From Basidiobolus meristosporus CBS 931.73 (Eukaryota > Fungi > Basidiobolomycota), in contig MCFE01000436.1 of NCBI GenBank assembly GCA_002104905.1, positions 11,387-75,386 of the forward strand: a stretch of 64,000 nucleotides of DNA. Reading direction: 5' to 3'. This document shows positions 1 to 11,800 of this stretch, one piece after another. The number at the start of each line of letters is the position of its first letter. The stretch's first letter is position 1. Below the pieces are notes generated by a model. It was not told where the DNA came from and did not search any database. It saw only the letters and a list, made by a program, of their open reading frames with translations. The position numbers and the translations under genes were made by a program.

Positions 1-2165
1 TCCTCAGTAGTTTCCAACTCTTTCTGGCTGTCCTCCATGTGCCAGCTCATCACACACATGACAGACTTTAAGATAATATTCTTGATGCAATTGGGATATG
101 GTAGCACCTGCAACTTAGCTTGTCTTCCTATCTCCCCACACATCTGTTGTGGTAGGGTAAATATGCCTCCCACAGACAAGTTTATTCATATAGCTACTAT
201 ATTGTACTTAACCATATTTTAACTTATCAGTAGCAGCAGAGACCTATGCATTCAGCTTTATGTTTGTAGTATAGTCGCTCAAATCCCATCACAAACTTCT
301 CACACAACAGCTGTAGATGAGTCAAGCTGGTATTGATGATCTGCTTCTAGATAAATATTCCTTCAATGTCCACATATGACTCCCAATGCTTCCAATGTAC
401 ACTTGGTAGAAATGGCTTCAGAATGCCACCTGAATAAATACATAACCGGTTCATCAAGTCTTTACATTTGTATTGTTGTATATGCAAATGAACATTAATT
501 GGAGCCTGTGAGAAGTACTTAGGGTAGTGTATACTCTGTAATATCTTGCCAATTCTGTCAAATATCTCCGGCATCTCAAAGGGCTCATTTAGCTTGAAAT
601 GCCCCATGTACAATTTGGTCATCAGTATAGGGATATTGTTGAAAAGCAAATGCATTGCTCCCAGTAGAAAGCTTTTGCTCCAACAGATACCTACCCTCTA
701 TCTTGGGTATTTCTGGGTTCCAATTCATTCCATATTTTGGCTAATGGCTTATAGCTTGCCAACTTTGCTGCAATTGCGTGCTTAATACTGTACATTCTCT
801 CTGTGGAAAGATGATGTTCTTAGCACTGGTGTTTGGGTAATAATAATGCGTGTGAGTTATGGAGTGAATCCCCTGGATCTCACATATTTGTCAGCAATAC
901 CATCCATTGTGCATGGAAAAACCTGCTATCTTGCTGATAGCTGGGGTATCTCCCATGCAGATACTAATATGTGATAGTCATGACATCCATTTACCATTAT
1001 CCTGCTGGAAAGCATACAAGATTCATCTAGCAATGGATACAGGTAGCTATCCAGGTTGGACAGTGATCTAGGCCCAGACACCAGTGAGACTACCATCAGA
1101 TTATTGCTCTGATACTGTAAGATGGGCAGCAGATTCAGATTAATGAGAATCAGTGCCCAGCAGGATTTGCTGGTAGAGTACTTGTTTAATGAGAATCTAT
1201 CAAGTGCTAAAGCAAAGGAATGTTCATACAAACCTTCAAAGTAGCCTTTGCTTCTTAGCTGTTTGTAATGTTTGCCATCAAACATACTGGATATGTTTGC
1301 ACTTGATGGATACTAAGCATGGTACTCTATAGCTTTGCAATACTTGTTGGACTGCATCAGCTTCCTCAGATGGAGTATAACCAGAATACAACTGGAGTGT
1401 GAACAATGCTTTCCCTCAATGGTAGTGGATTCCTGGCAATTTGGACACGTTGCAATGGTAGCATTTTTGGATGTGAATGTCATGCAACTGTAAACACATG
1501 CTGGAATCAGGACAGTCTCTAGATCATATGTTGCCAGCCCCATGATGGTTGTCCACTAGTGACATGTACTTGGCAAGTAGCATCTTGGTATGATTTTGGC
1601 AAGAAGCAGTAATAAATCCTTAAAGCCACCATTATTGATATTAGTGGAAACATGCCACTTCTCTAGCCAAGACATTACATCATTCACCAGTTGATGAATT
1701 ACTGGGCTCACTTGACTCCATAAAGCATCCTTGGTATTTGTTATAACAGGTGTTGTCTCATTGGATATAGGGATTTGACTGGGCTCATATGTGGTACTGT
1801 TATTAGGGGAAATAGGCTCAAAATCCATCAGTGAACCTTCTTTGTATGAGCCATCACTCTGTGTGCCATATTCAGAAGGCTGAGGTGTGCCTAAAGGCAT
1901 CATAAGTTCACCTGACTCAGTTTGCGCAGGGTGACAAAGACAGCCCAATGCCAATGTAGAAGTATCCACTGGCCAGCAAGATATTGTTGGTAAAGTAGTG
2001 ACAAATAAATGGACAAATATGACTTGGGTGGCAAAACGCTGGCCATGATCCTTGTAATACTTCCTATGCTGTCTGTGTGCTTCATGGCTGACAGGCTTGC
2101 CACAATAGCCACATGGTCTTTTTCTCTTCTCTTACAGCATTGAGTCAAAGTAGTCTTGTCCATGG
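1..2165 (-). mobile_element. Degenerate CACTA/EnSpm (CMC) transposase, tnp2/Transposase_21 type; runs off the left edge of the window
   Basis: ORF fragments: 1313-1543 (CPNCQE zinc-ribbon-like), 926-1285 (MFDGKHY...ALALD...CWALILINLNL...SGPRSLSNLDSYLYPLLDE, the typical tnp2 core) and 347-655 (MHLLFNNIP...IG...P). They are broken by stops, many consistent with CGA>TGA. Confidence 0.8.
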
Positions 2166-2384
2166 GGCAAACAGTTTGACCTTCAACAACATAACGCTAT
2201 TATATCACTTTTTGGTCAGTACTTATATGAACTTAAGACAGTCTTATACTTGAGACATTGCACCTACATGAATGTAAGATTCAATGATGACTTGCCAAAG
2301 TAAGCATTATGAATAAAGTTGTGACACCACATACACATGTATATGTAATGCAATTCCCCTTTGGTTTGACTCACTTCCTTATAT

Positions 2385-3990
2385 ATGCCACCAAAAAGTA
2401 AAGCAAAGTTGTCTGGTTCTCAATCCAACCCTGCTGCTGATGGCAACAGAAGAACAGTTGGACAATTGCTTGCTTTGACATTCAGTGCACTAAGTGGGGC
2501 TACATCCAAAAAAGACCCTGTGGACAGTATGCCCATTAAAGGTGTTAATGCAGACTCCTCAGGCTCTCAGTCAAGTAGGTAATTGTGAACCTCTGCGGAG
2601 CCACAAGCTGACTGTTATACTCAGTCAGATGAGGATGTAGCAAATGCAGTACCCTCAGGTGAAGATCAGCAAGTGGCCATGATAACATCACCACCACCCA
2701 TATTAGCAAGTATGTTGTCAGCTCATACCAAAGCATTAATGAGACAATTAGGAGCAGTGGCCAATAGGATAGATGCAATGGCCCAGGGAAATCAGGAAAT
2801 AGTCCAGAAACAGGATGAGCAGATGATATGTGTAGAGCAATCAATATCCCAGGAAGAGAAAGCAGTGTCTTTGCTGCAAAGAAGGACCTCAAGTAGCTCA
2901 ATGTCACAGCCTAGAATTGAGCTATCTCCCAATGCAACAGCAGAGAAACTCCGTACAGTCTTTGAGGCACAACAGCAGTGCCCAAATATATAGCCCACAG
3001 AAAAACCTATCAACAGCATGGGAGGGAGACAATGTGGTGCTTGTACTAAAGCCTAAAAACAAAAGACATAATAGATCTGAGAAACTGTTGAGTGAGATAA
3101 TGAAGAGTGGGCTAGTATACAAGAGGCTGTCAGAAGTCTAGCATGCAGTCACCTTAAGGCCAGCATACAATGGGACCATCAGGAACTCAAGGCAAAGCAG
3201 AATGCACTTGACCTGTTCCATGAGCATTATCCTGGACTTAAATGGGCAAAAAGATTTTGTGCCAGCATTGGTATGCAAAGAAAGTATCTTAAGAGTAGCA
3301 GAAACTATCAAAGGCAGAAAAACAAGGGTCCCATGGCCTAAAACCAGTGGCTTCCTCAAGGGCCCATTACAAGCTGGGCCAAAAGCTCCAGACAAGTGTC
3401 CAAGAGATGTCAGGTAGCTGGAAGAGTGTCAATCAGGGACAAGCAGGCAGACATGGATGCAACAGCACAACAATTATCAACAAAAAAGTGTAGTGCCACT
3501 CAAGAATCACCCAGTCAAAGTAGCAGTGAAGGATCTGGCAGTGATAAAAACCAGCCACTTTTTCAGGAGCCCATCACAACTATAGTTGAGAGCTCAAAAC
3601 AAGCAGAAAAGAAACATCAGGTTGCCACAAGAGTGCCAGCAAGGTACAAGCAGGCCAAAACAGATGTGCCACAGTAGAATTTATCCAGGAGGAAAAGTAG
3701 GTCTTTACAAGAAGCACTCAGACAAAGTAGCAGTGAAAGACCTGGTAGTGATAAAGGAAAAGGTAAAGGGAAAAATGTCTACCTAAGCCCAAGACAGGGA
3801 GGCATGCAAAAAAAACTGCAGTTCTTGCCAATTAACACCGCAAGCCAGGAACAGACTGAGTCCCATCATAGCCAAGAAGAATTACCAACAAGAAAACAGC
3901 TGTTTTCAAAAGAGTTGGATGCACAGCCAGTTGAGCTACACTCCAGCAAGGTAGATGAGTTTGCTAAAAAAGGCAATCTGTCTACCACAG
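2385..3990 (+). pseudogene. Degenerate accessory ORF of the CACTA-like element, divergent from the transposase
   Basis: Chain of same-strand ORF pieces (2385, 2673, 3202, 3396, 3804). The same ORF start with the same spacing to the transposase ATG recurs inverted at 26257/26478. Confidence 0.5.
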
Positions 3991-4184
3991 CCTCCACAGC
4001 CTCTATTGTTGACTGAGTGGAGATCCCACTGACAGACAAGGCTACAATGTCAAGAGCTCAAAAGACTATTGCAATGCCTTCAGTGGAGTTGTGGAACATT
4101 AATAGGCACATCAAAAGGCTGCAGCACTTCTTCAAGAGCAGTGCTCACAAATATGCACTGGAATATTGCAAGGATGGAGCCATG

Positions 4185-4982
4185 CACTGCATGCTGAAGT
4201 TCCAAATGATGGTCAGGAATCCAGGAAGGCATGCTGGCACAATCTGGTGCTGTTGCTTACAGTGTGTATTCTTCTTCTTGAAGCTCACCATCTGATTCCT
4301 CAAGGTATTCACTTACTCACTGTCTGATACTTTGGAACTGTTGGCTGGATGAGTCCAGTGTATGTAGCTCTCAGAAGCCACTTAGCTCTACTAATATATC
4401 ACATAGTTCATTTGTCATTGGAGGCAAAAACTTATTCAAAATCTCTTTGGTTCCCAAAGTTGAGGCACAAACAAATATGTCCAGCTTGTACTGAGCAAGT
4501 TGCATGCAAAATTGTTCCCTTGCAGCTTCTTCATCAAATCCCCTCACTCTCAGCTCATTCTTGCTATCAGTTCTTGTCTTGTTAAATATCTTTTTACATA
4601 TTTCCACTGGCATCTTGATGTAGAACTCATTCCACAACTTTCTACTCAGATTCTTCCATCTCTGTCAGCTCTCAGAGGTATCTAGTTGTGCTAGATTAAT
4701 GAGTAGTGCCCAAATATCTCTATGAGGGCTCATCATTGACACCTGTGCCATACTAAAATCATTTGGCAAGAACTCAAACAGATCCAACATTGACTTTAGT
4801 AGTCTGGACAATGCTAGTGAGCTGCAGGATAGGTTTTGTCTGGGCTATACTAAAGCTGAGGTGAGACTTGGTATAGGGAGCATATTGATGGATCTGGATA
4901 CTTATAAAGTATTGTATTGGCATCAACCTGGTCTTATATGAAATATATATGAAAACTAATCTGATTGTTGAATTTTTCATAT
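4185..4982 (-). mobile_element. Partial copy of the ISL2-like element (ORF2 region only)
   Basis: Aligns by eye to about 19880-20690; ORF 4371-4637 is homologous to 20116-20313. Confidence 0.75.
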
Positions 4983-4985
4983 ATT

Positions 4986-5222
4986 AGACATGCTCCTTTG
5001 GATAGGGCCACAGAGTGCCAGCCTGTTTTTAGTGCTGGATTGTTCTGGCACTCTATGGCACTATCTGGCACTATAATTTCTACCATAATGCCAGTGGTAG
5101 AATATAGTAATTGATAATTTTACTCAATCTTACACAGGCTGCTCAGAATAGTGCTTTCCTTGCTTTATTTACTCTCCATAATGCTCCAGAAACATTTCTC
5201 TCAATGGATGTCTTGTATGACC
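4986..5222 (-). mobile_element. Inverted right end of the ISL2-like element (TIR plus transposase 3' end)
   Basis: Reverse complement of about 21770-21999; starts with the TIR variant AGACATGCTCCTTTG. Confidence 0.75.
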
Positions 5223-5284
5223 CTATGAAAAGAAAATTGGTCATGTGGGTGAATTCAATCCTGGTCAGCCATCAGGATCCCATT

Positions 5285-6019
5285 AGACTTGTTCTATTGA
5301 ATAGTGCCACATGGAGCCATGAGTGCCAATTGATGCCATAGTGTGCCAGGGAGGCCAAGTGCGCCTATACTTAGCCACAGAGTGTCAAACATAGCTCTGC
5401 ATCCTCATGCAAAGCAGCCCCTGTGTTTCACTGATTGTACTGGAGATATTCCATTTTTTGATCTTTTTTTGTGGATCAATGTTGTGCAACATGTTTAAGA
5501 GCACAGATGAATTGAATATATGCACCTGGCACTCAATACCTATGGCACTCTGAATCTAGCTCCTGTAGCTTGTATCATGTCACAAAAATGAATGGCACTA
5601 TCATGGTCCACTGGTACTATCTGGCACTAATTTAAAAATATTAGCCCTAATGTAAGACCTATAGAAAGTACTTATAGTGCCACATAGTATTAGTGGCCCA
5701 AGATAGTGCCATGCATTTTTGCGACATGATACAAGCTACAGGAGCTAGATTCAGAGTGCCATAGGCCTTGGGTACTAGATGCATGTCTTCAGTCCTTCTG
5801 TGCTTGTACACATCCTGCACAACATTGCACCACAAAAAAAGGTCATAAAATGGATTTTCTCCTCCATAATAGGTGAAACACAGGGGCTGCTTTGTATGAA
5901 GAAGCAGAGCTATGTTTCACACTCTGTGGCCCAGTTTAGGTCTGCTATGCCTCTCTGGCACACAATGGCACTATTTGACATTCATGGCTTAATGTGGCAC
6001 TATCCAACTGAACAAGTCT
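5285..6019. mobile_element. Foldback/MITE derivative with ISL2-like TIRs; nearly the whole element is a palindrome
   Basis: Ends are AGACTTGTTCTATTG and CAACTGAACAAGTCT. Arms 5285-5632 and about 5674-6019 are inverted repeats around a ~40 bp spacer. Confidence 0.8.
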
Positions 6020-6461
6020 CTTAAGAGACTGTCATAATACCAGCAGCTTGGAATTAGTGACCCTCTCAACAATCTTATGATGGGTTCAACACAGCATTTT
6101 GCTAATTTTACTACCAAATAACGTAATAAAACTTGACAGGGTTTGCTTGGTACTGTGAAGATAATTGCATAGTCTTGTTTCAGTCCTATTGTCCTCTACA
6201 ACTATTGTAAATGAATTCAACCTGCCAGGACATCTAATTGCCTTATATAGTGAAAAATTTGACGGTATTTCAACAAGCTCACAGTCAGACTCTGATGGCA
6301 TTATATTGGTAGTATGGTGGCATACAAGTAGTTCTGTATAATGTTACCATACCAATTTACAAAGTGGTATTTCCTTTTTCTACCTCCCCTTGTGCAATTC
6401 TTATATTACACTGTCACCTCACTCCTCTTTATTTGCTTACCCACACCTACCTTGGGTATAT

Positions 6462-6829
6462 TGTTACAAGTCTTGGTATAAGAGTTGTAGAGGAATAGGG
6501 AGTTTAGCTAGTATTGTATTCACTAAAACTTGAACTGATTTTTATTGAGGTTCCAGCAGCTCCTTATATACATTTTGCCAGATCAATTGCTGACTAATTG
6601 TATTTCCTAATGTAGGTTGTGGCTGATGACTCATTTGATTGCATCATCATCACCCAATAAGATCCTACTTAATATATCTATTTCTGTCTGATAAGGATCT
6701 GCTGATTCATTTGCTGACTAATGCTACTGATTTCATAGATAATACTGATATACTGATAACCTAAACATATACTAATTGATTTGACTAAAAACTGATCTAA
6801 CTTAAACATTCAAGCGGCAGATCATAACA
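6462..6829 (-). repeat. Solo LTR of gypsy family A
   Basis: TG...CA ends; homologous to 17706-18073 and 25265-25633; no matching TSD. Confidence 0.85.
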
Positions 6830-6832
6830 AAA

Positions 6833-9800
6833 TCACATATAGTTTGAATCAAGAAAAACTATGGCCTCCTGCTTACTAACCTCTACAAACATGCACACCT
6901 GCCGCAATTGACATACTTCTATCACCTCAACTTTACGGCTTTTTAGTGTGATACTTGCAAAGTTGCCATTTACATTGTAACACTGGTTACACAAAAATCT
7001 TGCAAACATATGCTTGGTTGTCACCACATTTGCCATGAATACCTCCTGAATATCTGCAAAGAGCTTCTTGGTATTTAGCCCATAGACTTGTTCCATTGTG
7101 CCATTCCAGGGCATGCGGCGCAATCCATGGTCTCTAAGAACAATGGGGCATGAAATTGTAGCTACTAGTAGGCAGGATTGCTCTTGGACAATTTTGCACC
7201 ATGTGGGACAGTCTTGCACACTATGGCACAATCTGACACAATGAGGTGGGCACAAATGATTGTGCCAACTTGTGATGCTTGCATCACGTGCGCAATTGGA
7301 TACTGCTATTATGGTGGGTAACATCCGGTACTTGGATATGTTTCTTTAATATAAGTTAAATAAATGCATATCACACTATAAACTACACTGATTCTTACCA
7401 TTTGGTTACCATCACTCCAATTAAGTCATATCTTAGTGGTTAATTGGTCCAAAAGTATTCTGAAGCTGTCAGCTCCCAATTGGCTCTTTGACCAATACAC
7501 AAGCTACCTGACTTGCCATCAAATATCCTATTTTGCCCATTAAGGAAGTTAATCCCTGATCCTAGTGATTGGACAAGGTGTCATAGCTAGCACGCAACAA
7601 ATTATGTGGGTGTTTAACCAGATCAAATGGCAGCACTGGTGCCACAGATGATGTATACATATGCAGGGTGTTTATTTATAGGGGTCCTGTCTCAAATGTG
7701 AGACAACCTTGAGATTGTTTATATCAAAATTTAGTAATGATTTGCAATTCAATGTGATTGCTTCATCTTCTCTTAGGTTTTTTTCTCACAGGAATTACCA
7801 CTGAGGCATTTGGTAGTGAATCACTTTGCACACCTAAACTACTATCTTGTTGACTATCCTCCTGGCTACTTGTATAATTGTAGTCAGTAATTTGCCTCCT
7901 AGTTGTTGAGTGTAATGCTGCAGCTTGGCTGCGCTGAATTGCTCCAGATGATGCAACTGAGCCAGCCTGCAGTGCTATGCACTAATGCGTTTTTTTACTT
8001 GCCCAAGGCTCTGGTGGTGGAGGCACTTCATGTGGGTCAACATCAGTCAGTTCACCAGTAGCAACTTGCAAAGGTTGGGTGTAATGGCATGCACAGATGC
8101 AACTTTATACGCTAGCATGGCCCTTGGCTGAGTTCAATGTGATGCCGCTTGTTGACACAACTTGGCCTGCTCCAATGAACTTGTGTCTTTTTGAGCAGCT
8201 TGGCAAGTTCTGGTGGTTTTGCTCTGAAGTGTACATGTTGACCCTATACGCGTTGACTCAATGCGGAGCGCTCTTGTGAAGGGTGTTGGTGCAGTTTGGA
8301 CTGACATGTACAGGGGTGCTGAAGTTGCAAGGGATGGTAGGGAATCCAGCAAGGCATGCTGGTGCAACCTAGACAATGTTGCTTGCGGCCTGTATTCTTC
8401 CTCTTGAAGCTCACCTTCTGATTCCTCAAGGTATTCACTTAACCTGTGTCTGATACTTTGGAACTGCTGGCTGGATGAGTCCTGTGTATATTGCTTGCAG
8501 AAGCCACTTAGCTCTACTAATATATTACATGGTACATTTGTCATTACAGGCAAAAACTCATTCAAAATCTCTTTGGTTCCCAAAGTCAAGACATTACCGG
8601 ACATGTCTGGCCTGTACTAGACAAACTGCACGCTAAATTATTCCTGCATGGCTTTCTCATCAAATCTCCTCACTCTCAGCTCATTCTTGATTTCAACACT
8701 TGTCTTGTTATACATCTTTTTATATACATTTGCTGGCATCATGATGTAGAACTCATGCCACAGCTTTCTACTCAGGTTCTTCCATCTGTGTCAACTCTCC
8801 AAGGTATCTGGTTGTGCTAGATTAATGAGTTGTGCCCAAATATATGTATGAAAGCTCATCATAGACACTTAAGCCATACTGAAGTCATATGGCAAGAACT
8901 TGAACAGATCCAACGTCAACTTTTCCAGCCAGACTGTGCTTGTGAGCTAGGGCGTGGGTTTTGTCTAGGTTGTACTACAGATGAGTTGAAATTTAGTATA
9001 GGGACCATAGTGCTGCATTTGGATACCTATGCAGTAGTGTATTGGCTTCAACCTGGTATTATGTCAAATACATGTGAAAACCAATGTGATTGTTGAATTC
9101 TCCATATATTATGCATGATGCATCTTGGATAGCATTGACACAGATGCAATCTTATCAATTGCCGATTTCCTATTTGATTATAGACTTGTGAGTACAACGT
9201 CAATAAAATTACCCAGTCATTGTTTGAGGATAACATTTGCAACATAATGATGGGATACATGGCAACTGATGGAGAATTAATCACAATGCCTGAAAAATCA
9301 GATAAATAAAGCTGATTGTGCCAAATCAATTCAAATCACCTCAGCCAAATCTTCTACCAATTTTAATATGACCTACTCATCTGAATGGCTTTTTCTCACC
9401 AATCCCATCACTACCACTGGATTTCCTTTTGACACACTAGAGGAGATCTATACCAAGCACTGTGGGCCATCTGCCCTAATCTACCTAAGGAGATCCCCGG
9501 TTAAGCTTCTCTGCTATTACAAGAGCTATTGCCCTACAAGGTTTCATTCCACCATCCATGGCAACACAAGTCCTAAAAGCTCTCATTCCTAGCAGACAAC
9601 AATAGAGAACCACCTTGCTGAGGGTATGAAAGACTAGAGTAAGCTTAGAGTACCAGGTTCAGGAGCTCCAATAGACTTGCATATCTCCAAGTGCTCAGCT
9701 ACAGGTTCCATATAGGGAGTATTTTGGATACCTTCCCAGTCAGGATTAACAAGCCATCTAGAGCGCAGAGGCACTTTTATTCTGGCAAGTACAAGGCACA

Positions 9801-11365
9801 CTGTGTGAAGTTTCAAGCACTGTCTGACATTGAGGGTAACATCATCTGGTTTAGTGGGCCATTTGCTGGAAGTAGGCATGACAAAGCACTCCGGCTAGAG
9901 AATCCTCCAGAATTCAGCAGAGGGGAGAAATGTATTTCAAACTTAGCTTGTATAGGAGAGGATTGTCAGAGATTAGGATGTATCACAGCTTATAGGAAGC
10001 CAAGGAGCGGTGTGCTTAGCAGGAAGCAGAAGCTCTACAACAAGATATTTAATCATTTTGAGTAAGAGTAGAGTGTACATTTGGACATCTAAAGCAATTC
10101 AGCATATTGGCAAGTAAATACAGAGGAAGGTCATATATAGGAAAAAACAGCAGAATATGTAAAATAGCGATGATACTATCAATGCACAGTATATTCATAC
10201 AAGAAGACATCCACTGAGAGAAATATGTCTGGAGCATTATGAAGAGTAAATAAAGTAAGGGAAGCACTACTCTGAGCAATATAAGTAATATTGAGTAAAA
10301 TTACCAGTAACTATAACCTACCCCTGGCATTATGGTAGACACTATAGTGCCAGATAGTGTCAGATTGATCCGGCATTAAAACAGGCTGACACTATGTGGC
10401 ACTATCAAATGGAACAAGTCTTATATATTCCTTTGCCCTGTTGGAATCTAGTCCCCCTTATAGGTGTGCTCTGGCTCTTGTTTGTGTGAATCTGTATTGA
10501 ATGGTGTAGAAGTTGGCTTATGACTAAGAGAAATCTAGCATACCTTGGTAGAGTTTACCTAATAAAAATTAGTTGCTTGTTGCACTCAACCAAACTTGGC
10601 ATTACTTAGCTGATCACACATGCATTGGGGCTGCCTAGCTTATTTATGCCATTGGCATAGGTGTCTCCATGTGAATATTTGTCCTCAATATTTTCCAACT
10701 ATTCCTGGTGGCCCTCTAAATGCCAACTCATCACATTCATGACAGACTTGAAGGTGATATTCTTGATCAGATTGTGATATAGTAGTTCCTGCAACTTGAC
10801 TTGTCTTTCTATCTCCCTACACATCCACTCCATAGGAAACTTACAAAAGGTGAAGCAAGGCCCAATATTCTCCACACACCATGCAAGATGGAGTAGAGAA
10901 TGGATACAGTAGTGGCAAAGTTCTTTGCGTTCTGCTTTATGTTTGTAGTATAGCTGCTCAAAGCATGTTACAAACCCCTCACACAACAGCTGTAGATGTG
11001 TCAAGGTGGCATTGGTGATTCACCTCTGGATCAATATTCCTACAATATCCATATATGACTCCCAATGCTTTCAATATACTCTTGGTAAGAATGGCTACAG
11101 AACACCTCCTAAATAAATACATATCCAGTTCATCCAGAGTTTGCATTTGTATTGATGCATTTGCATATGAATATTGATTGGAGCCCATGAGAAGTACTTG
11201 AGGTAGCAGATGCTCTGTATATCTTGCCAATTCTTTCAAATTTTTCCAGTATCTCAAAGGACTCATTTAGCTTGAAATGCCCCCTGTACAACTTGGTCAT
11301 CAGTATAGGAATATTGTTGAAAAGCAAATGCATTGCTCCCAGTGGAAAGCTTTTGCTCCAACAGA
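6833..11365 (-). mobile_element. Second CACTA transposase relic (pieces 10422-11365 and 6833-7083) split by the ISL2-like insertion
   Basis: ORFs 11130-11333, 10979-11266 and 10699-11004 (HSLLHLAWCVENIGP...FPMEW) parallel 1-700. Removing the insert restores GGA ATA TAT GGG CTA AAT (GIYGLN). Confidence 0.75.
7084..10421 (+). mobile_element. Full-length ISL2/IS5-like (PHIS-group) DNA transposon, copy 1, degenerate
   Basis: TIRs AGACTTGTTCCATTG (7084) and CAAATGGAACAAGTCT (ends 10421); transposase fragments 9368-9592 and 9691-10065; ORF2 fragment 8134-8604 on the minus strand. Confidence 0.85.
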
Positions 11366-11449
11366 TACCATTGGATTAATTTTGATTGTGGATCATTAAT
11401 CTTGCCAAGTCAATTATATATATGTTTGCACATTCTGCTATGCCATTTA

Positions 11450-11800
11450 GCTGTGGGGGGTGAGTTACAGTAATCTCCTACTACATCCCAGGAGTTTTGC
11501 AGAAGTGGATTAAAAGTTTGAGGAATATATTCCACCAATGTCAGAGCGCATTTTCTTAATGTTCTCCCCAGTTCCTCTCCCCATCATGACTTTTAAGTCC
11601 CTCAACTAAAACCAAGCTCCTTCTTTTATCTCCATGAAGTAGACAACACGCATCTTTTACATACATCAATTAGAGTGATCCAATATTTCATTTGCATAAA
11701 GTTGAATTTTGCCACTTGGTGCATGTTGAAAAGGTCTTGAAGAAGCAAAGAGAGAACAAGCCCTATGGCAAGCTAAAAAAGTGTAAACTCTAAGGTTGAA
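11450..11800 (-). mobile_element. Small copia-type integrase fragment
   Basis: Minus-strand IKKMRSDIGGIYS resembles the integrase RSDNGGEY motif. Confidence 0.5.

Noticed and set aside
6833-7324. 163-aa Cys-rich ORF
   Set aside because: Chimeric: it reads from the ISL2-like subterminal region across the TIR into the CACTA relic.
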